Shown here: positions 25,733 through 36,600 of the stretch, piece by piece
Position numbering within the stretch: position 1 is the first letter of the stretch
Layout of the letters: every line of letters starts with the position of its first letter
Source of the DNA: Rhynchobatus australiae
Taxonomy: Eukaryota
Reading direction: 5' to 3'
Assembly: GCA_034780895.1 (NCBI GenBank)
Contig: JAUZTB010000027.1
Coordinates: 12,059,641-12,123,629 of the forward strand
DNA length: 63,989 bases
Program-made: the position numbers and the translations under genes
Notes under the pieces: generated by a model
Databases searched by the model: none
What the model saw: only the letters and a program-made list of their open reading frames with translations
What the model was told of the DNA's origin: nothing

Positions 25733-25969
25733 TGCATCATCCCATCCACCACAAAGGATAAACTGATCCATTGGCTTTTCATCTTCATCAGCTTCCTCAC
25801 TAAGTGTGATGAGAACATCAATGAGTTTTCTTTCAGATTCCCATGAATGTAGAGAATGGGTGCGGCTCATAGCCACATCAATGTCACTACTATCATTAAT
25901 GTCCTCTCCAGGAGATTCAGACAATGAATTATTTTTACTGTCAACCACATCTTCCTCCTGAAATTCCAT
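25733..25969 (-). CDS. C16orf46: C16orf46 (DUF4529) homologue, first recognisable coding exon
   Basis: Minus-strand acceptor cttctattcttttgtcAG opens the exon at 26011. ATG at 25969 (MEFQEEDVV...), 79 codons ending ...LITLSEEADEDEKPMDQFILCGGWDDA, then donor GTAAGTG (phase 0). Resembles human C16orf46 ...EFIIGTGWEEA|VQGW. The frame is also open from 26011, so coding could begin in an upstream exon. Confidence 0.85.
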
Positions 25970-26339
25970 TTTCCAGTTACGGTTTTTAGCAGGCAAGCTC
26001 CAATTATTTATCTGACAAAAGAATAGAAGCGTGAAGTTAATGCCTCACTAAATTCAAGTTAAAGCAGCATCATTAAATATTAAATAAGGCATCACAGTTA
26101 ATATTTGATGACATTGCTTCAAATGCACTTACTATCAGATCAGTTGCTTCATGTATAAAGGAAGATGCCTTCTGAAAAAGTGGCAAGCTTTTGATGCACT
26201 CAGGCAAAATAAAGATAGTTTAATCACACACGTATTCCATCCTCACTCTTCCTGGTGAAAATTACAATGCTTTCAAAACCAAACATATGCAGATAATCTA
26301 TAATTTATAAATCTTGTCTTCAGCAAATAATACATTAGA

Positions 26340-26625
26340 ATCAGAGTCCTGTAGAGAGACAGCACTGAAACAGGCCCTTCGGCCCACCAAGTCCACACTA
26401 ACCATCAACCACTGTTTACACTAATCATACATTAATCCCATTTTCCCTGTACTATATCGATTCCCCAGATTTGACCGCTTACTTACACACTAGAGGCAAT
26501 TTGCAGTGACCTATTAGCCTGCCCACCTTTGGGATGTGAGAGGAAACCCACACAGTCACAGGGAAAACTAACTATAACCCTGGTGCTATGAGGCAGGGGC
26601 TCTTGTAGTTGTGCTACTGTGCCAC
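26340..26625 (-). mobile_element. HE1-like (V-SINE) elasmobranch SINE
   Basis: The minus strand has a tRNA-like head (ggcacagtagcac...ctgcctcatagcaccaggg), a V-domain-like core (ctgtgactgtgtgggtttcctctcacatcccaaag) and a CR1/HER1-like tail (gtgggccgaagggcctgtttcagtgctgt). Confidence 0.7.
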
Positions 26626-26711
26626 CGAATCATTATATAGTAAATATTATTTGTGTAAAAACAGTGCATAGGCTGATTTATCATAAGGAACGTCACAGGA
26701 TCTCCACTAAT

Positions 26712-28372
26712 AAAAAAACATGATGCTGAAGGAACTCAGCAGGTCAGGCAGCATGCGTGGAGAAAAACAGACGGTCAGCGTTTCGGGTCAGGACCTTTCT
26801 TCAGGACTGAAGATAGGAAAAGGGGAACCCCAATATATAGGGGGAAAAACAGAGCAGTGATAGGTGGATGAAAGAGGGGAGGCGGGGTGGGCANNNNNNN
26901 NNNNNNNNNNNNNNNNNNNNNNNNNNNNNNNNNNNNNNNNNNNNNNNNNNNNNNNNNNNNNNNNNNNNNNNNNNNNNNNNNNNNNNNNNNNNNNNNNNNN
27001 NNNNNNNNNNNNNNNNNNNNNNNNNNNNNNNNNNNNNNNNNNNNNNNNNNNNNNNNNNNNNNNNNNNNNNNNNNNNNNNNNNNNNNNNNNNNNNNNNNNN
27101 NNNNNNNNNNNNNNNNNNNNNNNNNNNNNNNNNNNNNNNNNNNNNNNNNNNNNNNNNNNNNNNNNNNNNNNNNNNNNNNNNNNNNNNNNNNNNNNNNNNN
27201 NNNNNNNNNNNNNNNNNNNNNNNNNNNNNNNNNNNNNNNNNNNNNNNNNNNNNNNNNNNNNNNNNNNNNNNNNNNNNNNNNNNNNNNNNNNNNNNNNNNN
27301 NNNNNNNNNNNNNNNNNNNNNNNNNNNNNNNNNNNNNNNNNNNNNNNNNNNNNNNNNNNNNNNNNNNNNNNNNNNNNNNNNNNNNNNNNNNNNNNNNNNN
27401 NNNNNNNNNNNNNNNNNNNNNNNNNNNNNNNNNNNNNNNNNNNNNNNNNNNNNNNNNNNNNNNNNNNNNNNNNNNNNNNNNNNNNNNNNNNNNNNNNNNN
27501 NNNNNNNNNNNNNNNNNNNNNNNNNNNNNNNNNNNNNNNNNNNNNNNNNNNNNNNNNNNNNNNNNNNNNNNNNNNNNNNNNNNNNNNNNNNNNNNNNNNN
27601 NNNNNNNNNNNNNNNNNNNNNNNNNNNNNNNNNNNNNNNNNNNNNNNNNNNNNNNTTGGATACATAGGCTGGTGGGATGAAATGTGAGGACAAGGGGGAC
27701 CCTATCCCTGTTGGGTCTGGGAGGGGTGGGGGGTGAGAGCAGAGATGTGGGAAATGGCAGAGATGCAGGTGTGAGCTCTCTGGACCACAGAACAAGGGAA
27801 GCTATGGTTAGTAAAGAAATTGGACATCTTGGATGTCCTGGAGTGAAAAGCCTCATCATGGGAGCAGATGTGGCAGAGGCGGAGAAACTGAAAAAAAGGG
27901 ATAGCGTCCTTGCAAGAGAGAGGGTGGGAGGAGCTGTAATCAAGGTAGCTGTGCATGTCAATGGGTTTGTAGAAGATGCCGGTGGAAAATGAATCTCCTG
28001 AGATGGAGATGGAGAGATCGGGAAAAGAATGAGAGTTATCAGAGATAGTCCAAGGGTATTGGAGAGCCAGGTGAAAATTGGTGGCGAAATTTAAGAAACT
28101 GTCGAGTTCCGTACGGGTGCAAGTGGTGGCACCAATGCAGTCGTTGATATAGTGGAGAAAGAGTTGAGGACTGGGGCCAGAGTGGGCTTGGAACAGAGAC
28201 TGTTCAATATAGCCAATGAAGAGGCAGGCAGAGTTGGGGCCTATGTGAGTGCCCATGACTACACCTTGGTCTGCAGAAAGTGAGAGGAATCGAAAGAAGA
28301 GTTGTTTAGGGTGAGGACAAGTTCAGCCAGGTGGAGGAGAGTGTTAGTGGAAGGGGATATGAGTTCAGTGGG
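26712..28372 (-). mobile_element. Penelope-like retroelement, 5'-truncated and degenerate, interrupted by an assembly gap
   Basis: ORF 28256-27702 encodes PLE-type RT motifs: MGTHIGPNSACLF, YIND (decayed YIDD), FYKPIDMHSYLDYSSSHP..CKDAIPFFQFLRLCHICS. The terminus at 26712-26893 carries the hammerhead-like core. Confidence 0.88.
26772..26809 (-). ncRNA. Minimal type I hammerhead ribozyme motif (degenerate) in a Penelope-like terminus
   Basis: The minus strand reads CAGTC-CTGAAGA-AAGGTCCTGACCC-GAAAC-GCT-GACCG. CUGANGA and GAAAC are intact; the cleavage triplet is mutated to GCU. Confidence 0.62.
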
Positions 28373-29129
28373 GCAAGAGCACGCAGAGACAATAGGTTTG
28401 CTGGGGCAGTCCTTCTTGTGGATTTTGGAAATTGTTTCTCCAGTTTCTCTAGAATTTCTCTCTTTCTCATCTCCACTAATACATTTATCACCTAGAAGTT
28501 TTTAGTTTACGACATCTAGCTCACCCTGCCCCCTACTTCAAATGGTGTTACAAATGGACAACGTACGAAAGGGCTAAAACTTGATCCCTGGGCAAAGTTA
28601 GAAGGGATACCTTGAGAGCAAGAAGAGAAGCTTGTGCTCAAAACCTAGAGTAGTGAAGGATAGAGCTAAGAATGGTTGTCCCATGGAGCTTCAAAGTGCA
28701 GGAGAGGTATTGGGTGAAAAACCTGTGTTTGACTATGTCACAGGCAGTAAAGGGGTGAAGGAAAGTTGGTGTTCCATTGCATGCTCCATAAACTCCAATA
28801 GAGTCAAACTCCATAGAAGAGCAGAACCCTACATGTAGAGGTCAAACATGAACTTACAGGAAAATCAAATGGGCATGTGCTTGCAACTCAGTACTACGTT
28901 CAAGGACTTTGTAGAGAAAAACATATTTGGAGGTCTGGCAGAAGTTCAGAGGCTAAGGGTGAGTCACATGACTATCGATCAACCATTTGTAGTACATTGT
29001 GTTCTTGTTTCAATTAGGAGTTCGGTTTCAAGGTTAGGCATTCAAGATTAGCATTTGTGCTAGAGGTAATGCGTTTGATGGTGTTGGTGTTACTAAAGCT
29101 GCCCTACTATGAATGGCCCAGAAAATAAA

Positions 29130-29420
29130 TAGAAAAAAGAGACACAGCTGATTCTGCAGATGCTGGAATCTGGACCAACACTCAGAAAGTGCTGGAGGAA
29201 CTCGTTGGGTCAGGCAGCATCTATGGAGGGAAACAAGCAGTCAACATTTCAGGTCGAGACCCTTTATCAGCACCGGCAAAGCCAGAATGAAAAATGTAGT
29301 GGGGAGAAGCACCAGCTGGTTGGTGATAGGTGAGCACAGGTGAGGGGGGAGGGGTTAGGTAGGTAGGTAGCTGGGAGGGGTAGGGGGTTGAGAGGGAGTG
29401 ATGTGAGAAAATAGAGAAAA
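29130..29420 (-). mobile_element. Penelope-like terminal fragment (non-autonomous)
   Basis: ctgcagatgctggaatctgg...gctggaggaactcg..gggtcaggcagcatctatggaggg...cagtcaacatttcaggtcgagaccctttatcag, the same terminus as the RT-bearing copies. Confidence 0.75.
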
Positions 29421-29759
29421 ATAGACTTTGAGCTGGGCCCAGGAGAAGTTTGGTTTGATTTGATGGGCCAGTTGAGGAGTTATGCAGCAGAGACAATTGA
29501 ACAGATGGTCTCAAACTGAGTGAGGAAGAAATCCACCAGCTCCCCACTTCCTTTGCTGGACAGACTCTGCATGAAAGTTGTTGACACAACAACTAAGCTG
29601 TCCCCACAGTAAAAGTCCTTTACTTGCCTGTTCATTCACACATTTGTCTCCTCACACACAAAATATATTTTTTCTTTGACTGTTGACCATAAAAAGTTAA
29701 CAAGAGACTGATTCCCGGGGCAGGGGTCAGCCCCCTGTGTTTGCTCTCTTCACTCAACA

Positions 29760-30074
29760 AGAACTTGGATGCCCCATCAACGGTTCCCATGGCGACGAAT
29801 GGCGCCGGTCGCGCTTCCGTCAGACGCAGCCGGACGGGGCCGGCGGTCGCCCCGGCAACGCGTGGCGCCGCCCGCCGACGGAAATGATGAGGGGGAACCG
29901 GCCGGAAGAACGGGGGATGGCTTAACGGGTGGCGCACAATTCGAGAAGCTTCGACGTGGACGGTGTGCGGGGGGCCTCGAAGGAATAAACCTGACGGGGG
30001 GGAGGGAGGCCGGTGGGAGGTTGACGTGAACCAGGGCGGCTGGTCGGTCCGAGTGGTAACGTGAGGTGCGGGAC
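29760..30074. promoter_or_regulatory. CpG-island bidirectional promoter (C16orf46 minus / MPLKIP plus)
   Basis: Sharp rise in GC and CpG from ~29770 to ~30800. X-box-like GTTCCCATGGCGAC (29783-29796) and GTCGCCCCGGCAAC (29846-29859), ETS cores (CGGAA/TTCCG), a YY1-like ATGGCG, and HSE aTTCgaGAAgcTTCg (29939-29953). Confidence 0.8.
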
Positions 30075-30689
30075 ATGTTCCGGCCCGTGAGGCAGGGCTT
30101 CCGGAGCCCGCCGCCCGTAGGCCCGAGTCCGGGCCCGTTCCCCGGCGTGGGACAGGCCGGAGGGGGCGGCACCTTCCCCTGGGGGTTCCCAGGCAACGCC
30201 GGCACCCCTCCTTACGGGGTGCGGCACCGGGCCTTCACCAAGTCCCCTCAGCAGCAGCAGCAGCCGGGCCCGGGCCTGGCGCCCTTTCACCAGCAGCAGC
30301 ACCGGTACAAGAGCCCGTCCCCCGGTCACCACCACCAGCAGCAGCAGAGCTTCACGCCTCGCCACAGCCCCCGGCACCGCGGCCACTACTCCTCGCCGCC
30401 TTATCACCCTCTCTCACCCGGTCAGGCCGCGTCTCAACAACCTTCGCCCGGCTCGGGGCATCGCCGTTACCCGGGCTCACCCAGGACATCCACGCCCTTC
30501 GGTGGTGGAGGAGGAGGTGGCTGCCTCCTGGAGAGGAAATCGCCGGCGCCCGTGGAGCTGTATTACAAGCCGTCCATGCTGCAGGACCCGTGGGCTGACC
30601 TGGAACCGGTCTCCGCCTCCGACATCAGCCGGCAGTACAGTAACGTGCAGGCCGCCAGCTCCACTAAAAGAGGCAGGTACTTTAGCTAG
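30075..30689 (+). CDS. MPLKIP: M-phase-specific PLK1-interacting protein (TTDN1) homologue, intronless CDS, 204 aa
   Basis: ATG at 30075 (gacATGt). G/P/Q/H-rich N-terminus with TPPYG and HSPRH, then GSPRTSTPFG and the conserved C-terminus YYKPSMLQDPWADLEPVS..DISRQYSN...KRGRYFS, matching human YFKPSMLEDPWAGLEPVS..DISQQYSN...KKGRYFC. Confidence 0.93.
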   Translation: MFRPVRQGFRSPPPVGPSPGPFPGVGQAGGGGTFPWGFPGNAGTPPYGVRHRAFTKSPQQQQQPGPGLAPFHQQQHRYKSPSPGHHHQQQQSFTPRHSPRHRGHYSSPPYHPLSPGQAASQQPSPGSGHRRYPGSPRTSTPFGGGGGGGCLLERKSPAPVELYYKPSMLQDPWADLEPVSASDISRQYSNVQAASSTKRGRYFS

Positions 30690-33600
30690 CAGCTTCTCCA
30701 AGCAACAGCAGAGCCGGGCAGAGAGCAGATTGGACCCCTTTCTCCCACCTGCACTCCGGGTAAGGTAGCAAAACTGACCTCCGCAGTGCTGTCTCACACC
30801 CGGTGAACACTTGTCAAGAACTTATCGTGGTTCCCACTGTCAATGCTTTCCGGAGACAAAAGCCTTTTTTAAAAAAAAATTACTTTTTTTTTGCAGATTG
30901 ACTTTTTTAATGAGACCTATTTTTTTAAACCACACCGAGTTTTTCTTTTCTTTGCAACACATGGGAGCTCTTTGGATGTTATCTGGGAGAGTGCAACCGC
31001 TGCAGAATAGGAAAGTGCCTGCTCCAAGTAACTATTTAAACCGTTCTTTAAAATCACCAGCCAGTGGACAGTGACTAATTGTTTTGCAGGTTTCCTCCAC
31101 TTCTATGCATNNNNNNNNNNNNNNNNNNNNNNNNNNNNNNNNNNNNNNNNNNNNNNNNNNNNNNNNNNNNNNNNNNNNNNNNNNNNNNNNNNNNNNNNNN
31201 NNNNNNNNNNNNNNNNNNNNNNNNNNNNNNNNNNNNNNNNNNNNNNNNNNNNNNNNNNNNNNNNNNNNNNNNNNNNNNNNNNNNNNNNNNNNNNNNNNNN
31301 NNNNNNNNNNNNNNNNNNNNNNNNNNNNNNNNNNNNNNNNNNNNNNNNNNNNNNNNNNNNNNNNNNNNNNNNTTTTGTGTTTTTAGTTTTTTCCAGAAAT
31401 TGTAGATAAGAAATTGAGCGAATTCTTTCATTTTGAAAACAACTTCACCTAAATGTAAAATAATTTGTCTGGGTTTGCATTTATAACACAGTGAAGATGG
31501 GGAAGAATTTTATTATGGTGTCAGGAGAGAGATTTCTTTTGGTGACATAGCTCTAATTGTAGTTTGTTATTTATCATAAATTTTGCTTGTTTTTTTTCTA
31601 AAAGCTTAGAGCATGTAGAAATGATGCTCTTTGTACCTTGATTATGGACAGATGGGTACACTCTTTAATTTTGTTTGCAAGCAGTTGATGGCCAGGAAGA
31701 AAAAGGTGTTATCTTTCTCTTATATTGGTACTGGAGCCTAGTAAAACCCAGTTATTCTTACATGTATAGCTCCTGAGGTTTGCTGAATATTTGGCAAGGT
31801 CATCAAGGTGAACAACAATGATGTGTACATTTGGCATGTACTAAAGCACTTCATGATGGAAGTCTTTGAATGGTGACGGTGACTTATCCCTTTCTCCTCT
31901 TTCCCCATACCAACTATTGCCCTAGCTTCCAGCTGGGTTTGATTTGCACAAAGGGCAACAGTTGAAACTAGGGAACTTGTACTGCTCTAATCAAACTCCT
32001 ATTTAACTTTGAAAATAGCAGGCTGTTGCAAATCCATTAGCGGCTCTATTAGGTTTGGAAAACAATATTATGGTGAAATGTTGTTTGATGGGAGGAAATG
32101 TATTCAATATATTTTGTTTCTAAACATTGAAATAATTGACTTTTTTTTTGTCTTGTCATACTTTGGTTAATAGTCACAGTCATGTTTAGGAAGGGGGGGA
32201 ATAAAGAAATGTATATTTGTTTTATATACATGCAAAACTTGTCAGGGCCACATCTGTTGTCTTTTAATTGACAGATACATCAACTGTGTTTCTTAATATT
32301 GTTTAGATTTTAGCTTTGCAGGAACAAAATACTGTACATTAGTGCTTTCTAATATGTTATCCTTGTCAAACAGCACATCCTCTTGTTTAACTCCAGGAAT
32401 CCTTCAGTAATATTAAAAAAAAACTATGTCCATTGCATGTTTCCTGTCTTATCACACTCCAGTCACGTTTGAACTGGCCTATTTGAAGAGTATGAAGAAA
32501 CTTCCTTTGGGTTGCCTTATGGGACCCTGTGGAAGAATATATGTTTACATTTCCTGTTGTGCTTCTCCAGTTCCTTTACAATGAAACAATCCCCCATTTG
32601 GAATGTACCGTTAGGAACAGAAGAATGGGATGTGTGCAATCCATTAATTGGTTCTCCAAGTCACACTATAAAAGGCAAATCCAAATCTATAACCCCAATA
32701 ATAGTTAAATTCTGACTAAATCTGATGCGTACTGACAGCAAGTTGATTGTACTTTGTTGCAGTGGTGAGGCATGTGTTAAGTGTTTCTGTCTGAATTATC
32801 AATCAGAAGCAATATTGTTCAGATGGTTTATTGTTGATTTCTAAATGGTTTTGTGATCCTTTAAATTACTTACTACTTTTTTTTGAGACCTTTCAAAATG
32901 AGGGTTAGTCTTCAGTAAATTGAAAGTGACATTGTGTAGGAACATAATGGAGTTAGGACACAGTAAGCAAGAGTACTGTAAGTGCTTAAAGTTTGCAAGG
33001 TGATAATTTGATGTATAAGTAGAGAATACTATGAAAAGAGAGAGTGATCAGTGATTATGAGAGTGCCCTGGTTAGTATTGTCACCCAGTGTATTCATATC
33101 TTTCTATCAATAGGTACTTGTGTGGGGTGAGGTGGGGAAAACTACAGAATATGTTGGGGGAAAAAGTCAGTAAGTGATTAGAGGAGGAGGGATGGGAGTT
33201 GGTTTACATTTGAAACACTTTCATTTTCTTTTTTGACTTGGAGAAATAGGGTAATAGGAGGGATTGTGTTTAATGACTTGCAACAAAGATTGTGACAGTA
33301 ATGAACTTTGCATCAGCGGTTGATGCTTTTTGCAAACTGGAGATCGAGTAAACAAATTACCACCTTCATTGTACGTAAATGGTTAAAAGGAAGATACTTT
33401 AAGTATTTAAATTTATTCTTCTGCACACATCATAACCCACCATCAATGAAGATATAAATTGAAACATATGTCAACCTGAGCCAAGTTTGCACCCATTTTA
33501 CATTTTGAGTTGGAAGCGGTTATACCTTTTGCAATCCCATGCCTAAAACATGTTATCGGATATGTGATAACCGAATACAAGAACAGGGTGGCTAGACATG

Positions 33601-36600
33601 GTTCTGAGTCTGCTTGCATGAAGCTGACTTTTATCTCTATTGATGTTTGGGAGCTATTACCATATGACAGCTTCATTATACATCTAACCAAATTTCTCCC
33701 TGCTCAATTCTCAATTGGAAATCAGCCTTTTTGCACAGTTTACACTCATTCTGGATGGGTGTTTGGAGTTGGTGGTGATGAGGCTTCATAATTTTTGGAA
33801 ATATTTTGAAAATAGCACACACTTGAACATTTGAGTTGGTCGTTTATTTGAAATATTGTTCTGTTTTCAAATGATTATGGCAAAATTCCAAGAAAATATT
33901 GCTCGTTGAATAACAAAAGGAAGATCTGGTAAGGATGTTGAATAGGTCATGTTGAAATAATGAATGGATAGTGATTCAATTTTCTATCCATGTGTATTTA
34001 ATTCAGACACAAGTTTTTTGAATGTATCTAGAGCACAGATCATTAAAGAGAACATAAATCACCTCCATTTCAACTTGCTTCAGATCAATCCACTATCTCC
34101 AAGTGATATTCCTCTTAATTGAATTACTAATTTATACTGAAGATTTTTTGTGAAACATTTTGAGCACTGTATAATGATCATTGTCACATCCACAAAAATA
34201 ACAAGAATCTTAACATCTGATATTAATCACTTGATATCAGATATTTGAATGTTTTGAATCTGACATACAAATTGAAAAAAAAATTCAAATGTCGTATCCC
34301 TACATAGCAATAGGTATTGTTCTTCAGTATTTGACTATCAATACAGAGAGGTATTGAAATATGAAATCATTAATTTCATTTGTCCAAAACTGTAAGCACT
34401 CCCTTGGCAGGTTGAAACTGTTTTATTGAATTTCAAGATTTAAATCAGCAGCTCCATCTGAAAATTCATGGACGAGTCTGGGTCAAGTACTCTTTCATGG
34501 AGAACTTTGTGGAGTTTTGCTTTTTCTTTGCCACTAATGTACTCCTTGTTTAATGTGTCATTCAGAATATATATTTTTCCTTCTGATGTTAGCATTTACT
34601 TTGCCATTTGTGTTCATGTTTTTGAAACCTCTTTTTAAACCAACATTGGCTAAAGTTAGCATGTACAAACTTAAGATGTGTTTTAACTTCTCACTCTGAT
34701 TTGTTTTAAAAACGTATTTGAATACTGCTTCAATAAGGAATGACTTGAAGTTGCTTGTGAGCTTTGTTTAGAGCTATATAAAAGTAGTTTTTCCTCTTCC
34801 TTTTATTGATGTGCCATTAATGACTGAACTTGTTAATTGCCAGTATTACAGACACCACAGATAATTAAATGTAACTGAAGACACCTTTCATAAGGTGAGT
34901 ATGTCTGTATTTTTTCCTGATACTTAATGAAATGGTTATTGTCAGGATGGTTTACTAATCCAGAGTCATGAATTTAATCTCCCTGTGGCAGATCATAAAA
35001 TCGCATTTAACAGATCTGGTCATTTGTGGTTACATTGAATAATATCTTCAAACCTACAGGATAGCTGTGAAAGCCCATCTTTTCAGGAAAGAGAACTACC
35101 TTTTACTCCACATGCAGAGAATAAATTTATGTCAAGGGATCACATAGCTTGCATTGGTGGTTTAGTGGAAGTTTAATACTGCCAGGAAGACTGTTTCCAT
35201 CATACNNNNNNNNNNNNNNNNNNNNNNNNNNNNNNNNNNNNNNNNNNNNNNNNNNNNNNNNNNNNNNNNNNNNNNNNNNNNNNNNNNNNNNNNNNNNNNN
35301 NNNNNATCATACTGCTGTGATGAAGGGGCAATACCTTACAAGAAATCTAGCTTCAATTTTAAAGACCAAATCCTCTTAAAAACAGTATAACCTAGAAAAC
35401 AGTAGGACAACTTTCATCAGTGAATAGTGTCTGTGAAATGCATTGTTGACAAACATTTTAACTTGTACTTCCTACCTGCTAACTTCATGTCTATATTACA
35501 GAACAAGTTCATTCAGCTCCAATGATCCATCACAATATTTATCTTCCACAAGAGTCTCCTTCCTACTTTTCCGTCTAACCCATTAAGGTACCACTAATCA
35601 TTATTTCCCTCGTGTTCTCCCGGTTTCTCTTTTCTCCCACCCTACAGTGATATGTCCATGCTCTTTGCCTCAAGTACCCTGAGGTTCATTCAGCTTTTGA
35701 GATAGCACCCATAACCTGTAAATACAACAACAGTATAAGATTTGTGCATTGAAATATTTTCATCAGCTCTGACAGTCTGACTTGCAACATTAACTGTTTC
35801 TTTCCATAGATGCTGTCTGACCTGCAGAGTGTTTCTAACATTTTCTGTTTTAATTTTGAATTTCTAGTTTCTGCAGTTTTGCTTTTGATATTTCACCAAC
35901 TTTAATTGGTGTACCATTATGAAAAATATTCATTTGTCTTTGTGACATTGTATGTGTACATCTAAAATGTAATGAAGTGATTGGATCTTTTTAAAGGTAC
36001 CTCATGAGATTTAAGTAGAGTTTATGAAGTTATTGCAGATCCTGGGTGCATGATGCCATGTTGAGGATTGCTTTCCCATCAAATGTTTGTTTGGGGTGGA
36101 GCTTGGCAGGGGTCAGTGGTTGACACTGATGCAGATCCTGACCTCCAGTGCCGTCTGTGTGGAGTTTGCCTTCTGTTTCCCCTGGTTGCCTTCTACATCC
36201 TACTGAGCTGGGTTTTCAGGTTTGTTCCCTGAATTCATGGTCTGGACCTTCAGCAGTATAAGGTGGTTACCAATCCTTCAGTATTCTGACATGGATGGTG
36301 GGGGTATATAAAGCTCTTGCAGCAAATGTTTTTCATTGACTTTCCTGCATGGGTTCTACTCCATTTCCTTAGTGATTCCCTTAATGACTGGGGTTGCATC
36401 CAAGAGGTGTTCAAGTTTAGTGTCCAGTTTTTGCTCATGTGATATGAATAGCATGCAGTGGGTACAAAGTGTGTCACTAATGAATTTAATTCATTGCCAA
36501 TGTATTACAAGTTTTGTCAGGGTAGCTAAGTTGGTTTCTTTTCAGCCGCAGCCACCATTATTATTTGGTTCCCTTAAGTTGCTTTAATTGCTTCAAGAAA

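Noticed and set aside
29632-30797. Several overlapping 60-160 aa ORFs around the CpG island
   Set aside because: Stop codons are scarce in GC-rich DNA. Only the MPLKIP frame has family motifs.
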